From a virus (lineage: Duplodnaviria; Caudoviricetes): 64,000 nucleotides of DNA. The notes below the pieces were generated by a model that saw nothing but the letters and a program-made list of their open reading frames with translations, had not been told where the DNA came from and did no database searches. Below are positions 63,801 through 64,000 of the stretch, one piece after another (the stretch's first letter is position 1; each line of letters opens with the position of its first letter). The stretch is taken from IMG/VR virus record IMGVR_UViG_3300036713_000599. One strand, given 5' to 3'. The translations under genes were made by a program, and so were the position numbers.

Positions 63801-64000
63801 GACGTTGAAATTAGGGAATACGCTGAACTCACGGGGCAGAGTTACGAGGATGTGACCTACCAGTTTAGTGCGGGTGAATTGGACGTAGACCTTAATACCC
63901 GGCCTGTAGCAGCCACGATCATGAGTCGAGAGGAGACGGTCTCAAAGATCGAGGAATACCTCGCAACACTCTACCGAGTACTCGACGGCCCTCATCAGGA
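60888..64000 (+). CDS. Baseplate hub protein (T4 gp27/gp44-like), 3'-truncated; absent from the supplied ORF track
   Basis: Hand translation of roughly the first 500 codons and the last line found no stop: MARSPYQG...CPQC...PIFWGLVTEV...EFYMDVTGDIVFKPPFYN...KYGWR...AELRLGFPVY...WYVTGISHN. The remainder was not fully read. Confidence 0.8.
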   Translation, partial: MARSPYQGTYQHGIRPTVVTAPDAIVYLNGETDIIGCPQCKRRFAWNKYITSIQVDLNVQSAPGSASFTLSIPRHTVDEFFFDGNPLVTPMMEVEIYAKGHFVVEGVPQYYPIFWGLVTEVSHSFSGAEHTVSVNCSDILKWWELCKMNINPAFTQSVGQMGRNLFGNVYSGENPYDIIWSLAQQSFGDVIVGSGSLLSLYKENSQRATFKAALADLMVYWEERFSHIRSNLLLYGTQGNAVRGDELQAIYGPGGSALTKNAISQAVRKANGGSAGSQMVYDPTDSQVTAFRTQFMNAGQVNFWQSEFQTKLELANAAKDCIGYEFYMDVTGDIVFKPPFYNVDVLGNKPVSWIQDIDVISWDLSESEAEVVTQLQISGAYGGNIEYGFGEEMTPATSVTDYHLLRKYGWRVETFNSEFMGSTLSMFYMGLDLLDRMNAQRFRATVTIPMRAELRLGFPVYLASQDQIWYVTGISHNLQFGGQATTTLSLTAKRTKFVAPKGIGSLRLDKLKGGRTYTSKGTLNEPTPPARALRNATFKGDVGEAAQLPPTNYPENPGEADPYEPLILRHPKTGRLVGYPNVVMAYTRPFAPTPEQYGKVAGKRKKGSGRGAKPSFDPKKFNDAAKKIVQDEFNTQFLVNDIDRARERYLNNRFVYGLNSAGVFTYLHESTSVIKEMLLIPKQNVAFKDEDTGKTENLFQGKTAMIRPVSDERGFEVIGHYKYGRNVSLRDGSLVLNETAENPGALNSRAEVRPQVALTGGLTETLQAQSQGLVTVNTGFPNPSRMLATLRPDDLQTAGVVNPETGDPEFVNTDTNFIDVAPLGTAAQKGTNVSVEASQLSRALTLAELSVKTEEANPGECGCLLGRSDLAFINVGYQVKVLNSSAPDKSSLSFGQGGVTQTSTKDDEIFSGVSNYVESSLSEYPGFGELSQEDQEALRSKFQNEGYQIQAKARGSSVERVQESYNKGLLRDVEIREYAELTGQSYEDVTYQFSAGELDVDLNTRPVAATIMSREETVSKIEEYLATLYRVLDGPHQ

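Noticed and set aside
1-64000. Stop-codon reassignment (TAG or TGA recoding), as found in some large phages
   Set aside because: Genes tile the + strand densely in the standard code, and TAG, TGA and TAA each end genes immediately before the next RBS/start (e.g. TAG at 4590 and 5516, TGA at 16783).
1-64000. Numerous minus-strand and alternate-frame ORFs in the supplied track (e.g. 3003-3731, 4596-5168, 6161-6793, 47728-48690)
   Set aside because: They are shadows of well-supported + strand genes, have no recognisable motifs and show antisense-typical composition.
39376-64000. Extracellular contractile injection system, tailocin or T6SS rather than a phage
   Set aside because: Prohead protease, scaffold, capsid and neck genes are in the same co-oriented cluster.
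1-64000. tRNA, rRNA, CRISPR array, integrase or transposase
   Set aside because: Intergenic gaps are short and none showed a cloverleaf, T-loop consensus or repeat-spacer pattern by eye; no recombinase or transposase motifs were recognised. tRNAscan-SE and a CRISPR finder would confirm.
1-64000. Host assignment
   Set aside because: The SLT domain implies a peptidoglycan-containing bacterium and the RBSs are standard AGGAG(G), but nothing in the window identifies the lineage.

Overview
The whole window is the virion-morphogenesis region of a large contractile-tailed (myovirus-type) Caudoviricetes phage, read in the standard genetic code. All credible genes are on the + strand and tightly packed. 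Order: head module (prohead protease with Zn-ligand insert, acidic scaffold, decoration protein, 293-aa HK97-type major capsid protein, terminator, accessory head proteins); a ~19 kb island of mosaic fibre/spike genes with two beta-helix tailspike-like proteins and a patatin lipase; neck/adaptor genes interleaved with a coiled-coil protein, a Dps/ferritin-like protein and an MreB/MamK-like actin ATPase; tail terminator; a very large sheath (~1535 aa); an inserted 7 kb block with an N-terminally extended UvrD/PcrA helicase; tail tube, two chaperones, tape measure, tube initiator, an SLT lytic transglycosylase fusion, and a baseplate hub that runs off the end and is missing from the supplied ORF track. 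No tRNA, rRNA, CRISPR, integrase or transposase was seen. The most interesting signals are: (1) a coiled-coil/Dps/actin cassette inside the neck operon; (2) an intact SF1 helicase between sheath and tube; (3) a 116-codon module shared by the sheath and a fibre-island protein, with a 45-codon core differing only at synonymous sites; (4) a shared N-terminal MN(D)LxRRVxxRY peptide and recurrent [KR]-x-A-[SAG] motifs, a candidate capsid-targeting or protease-processing signal; (5) a recurring TAAT-Y4-TTRT-like promoter candidate, sometimes inside ORFs upstream of in-frame internal starts. Family assignments come from motif recognition by eye; no database searches were run.
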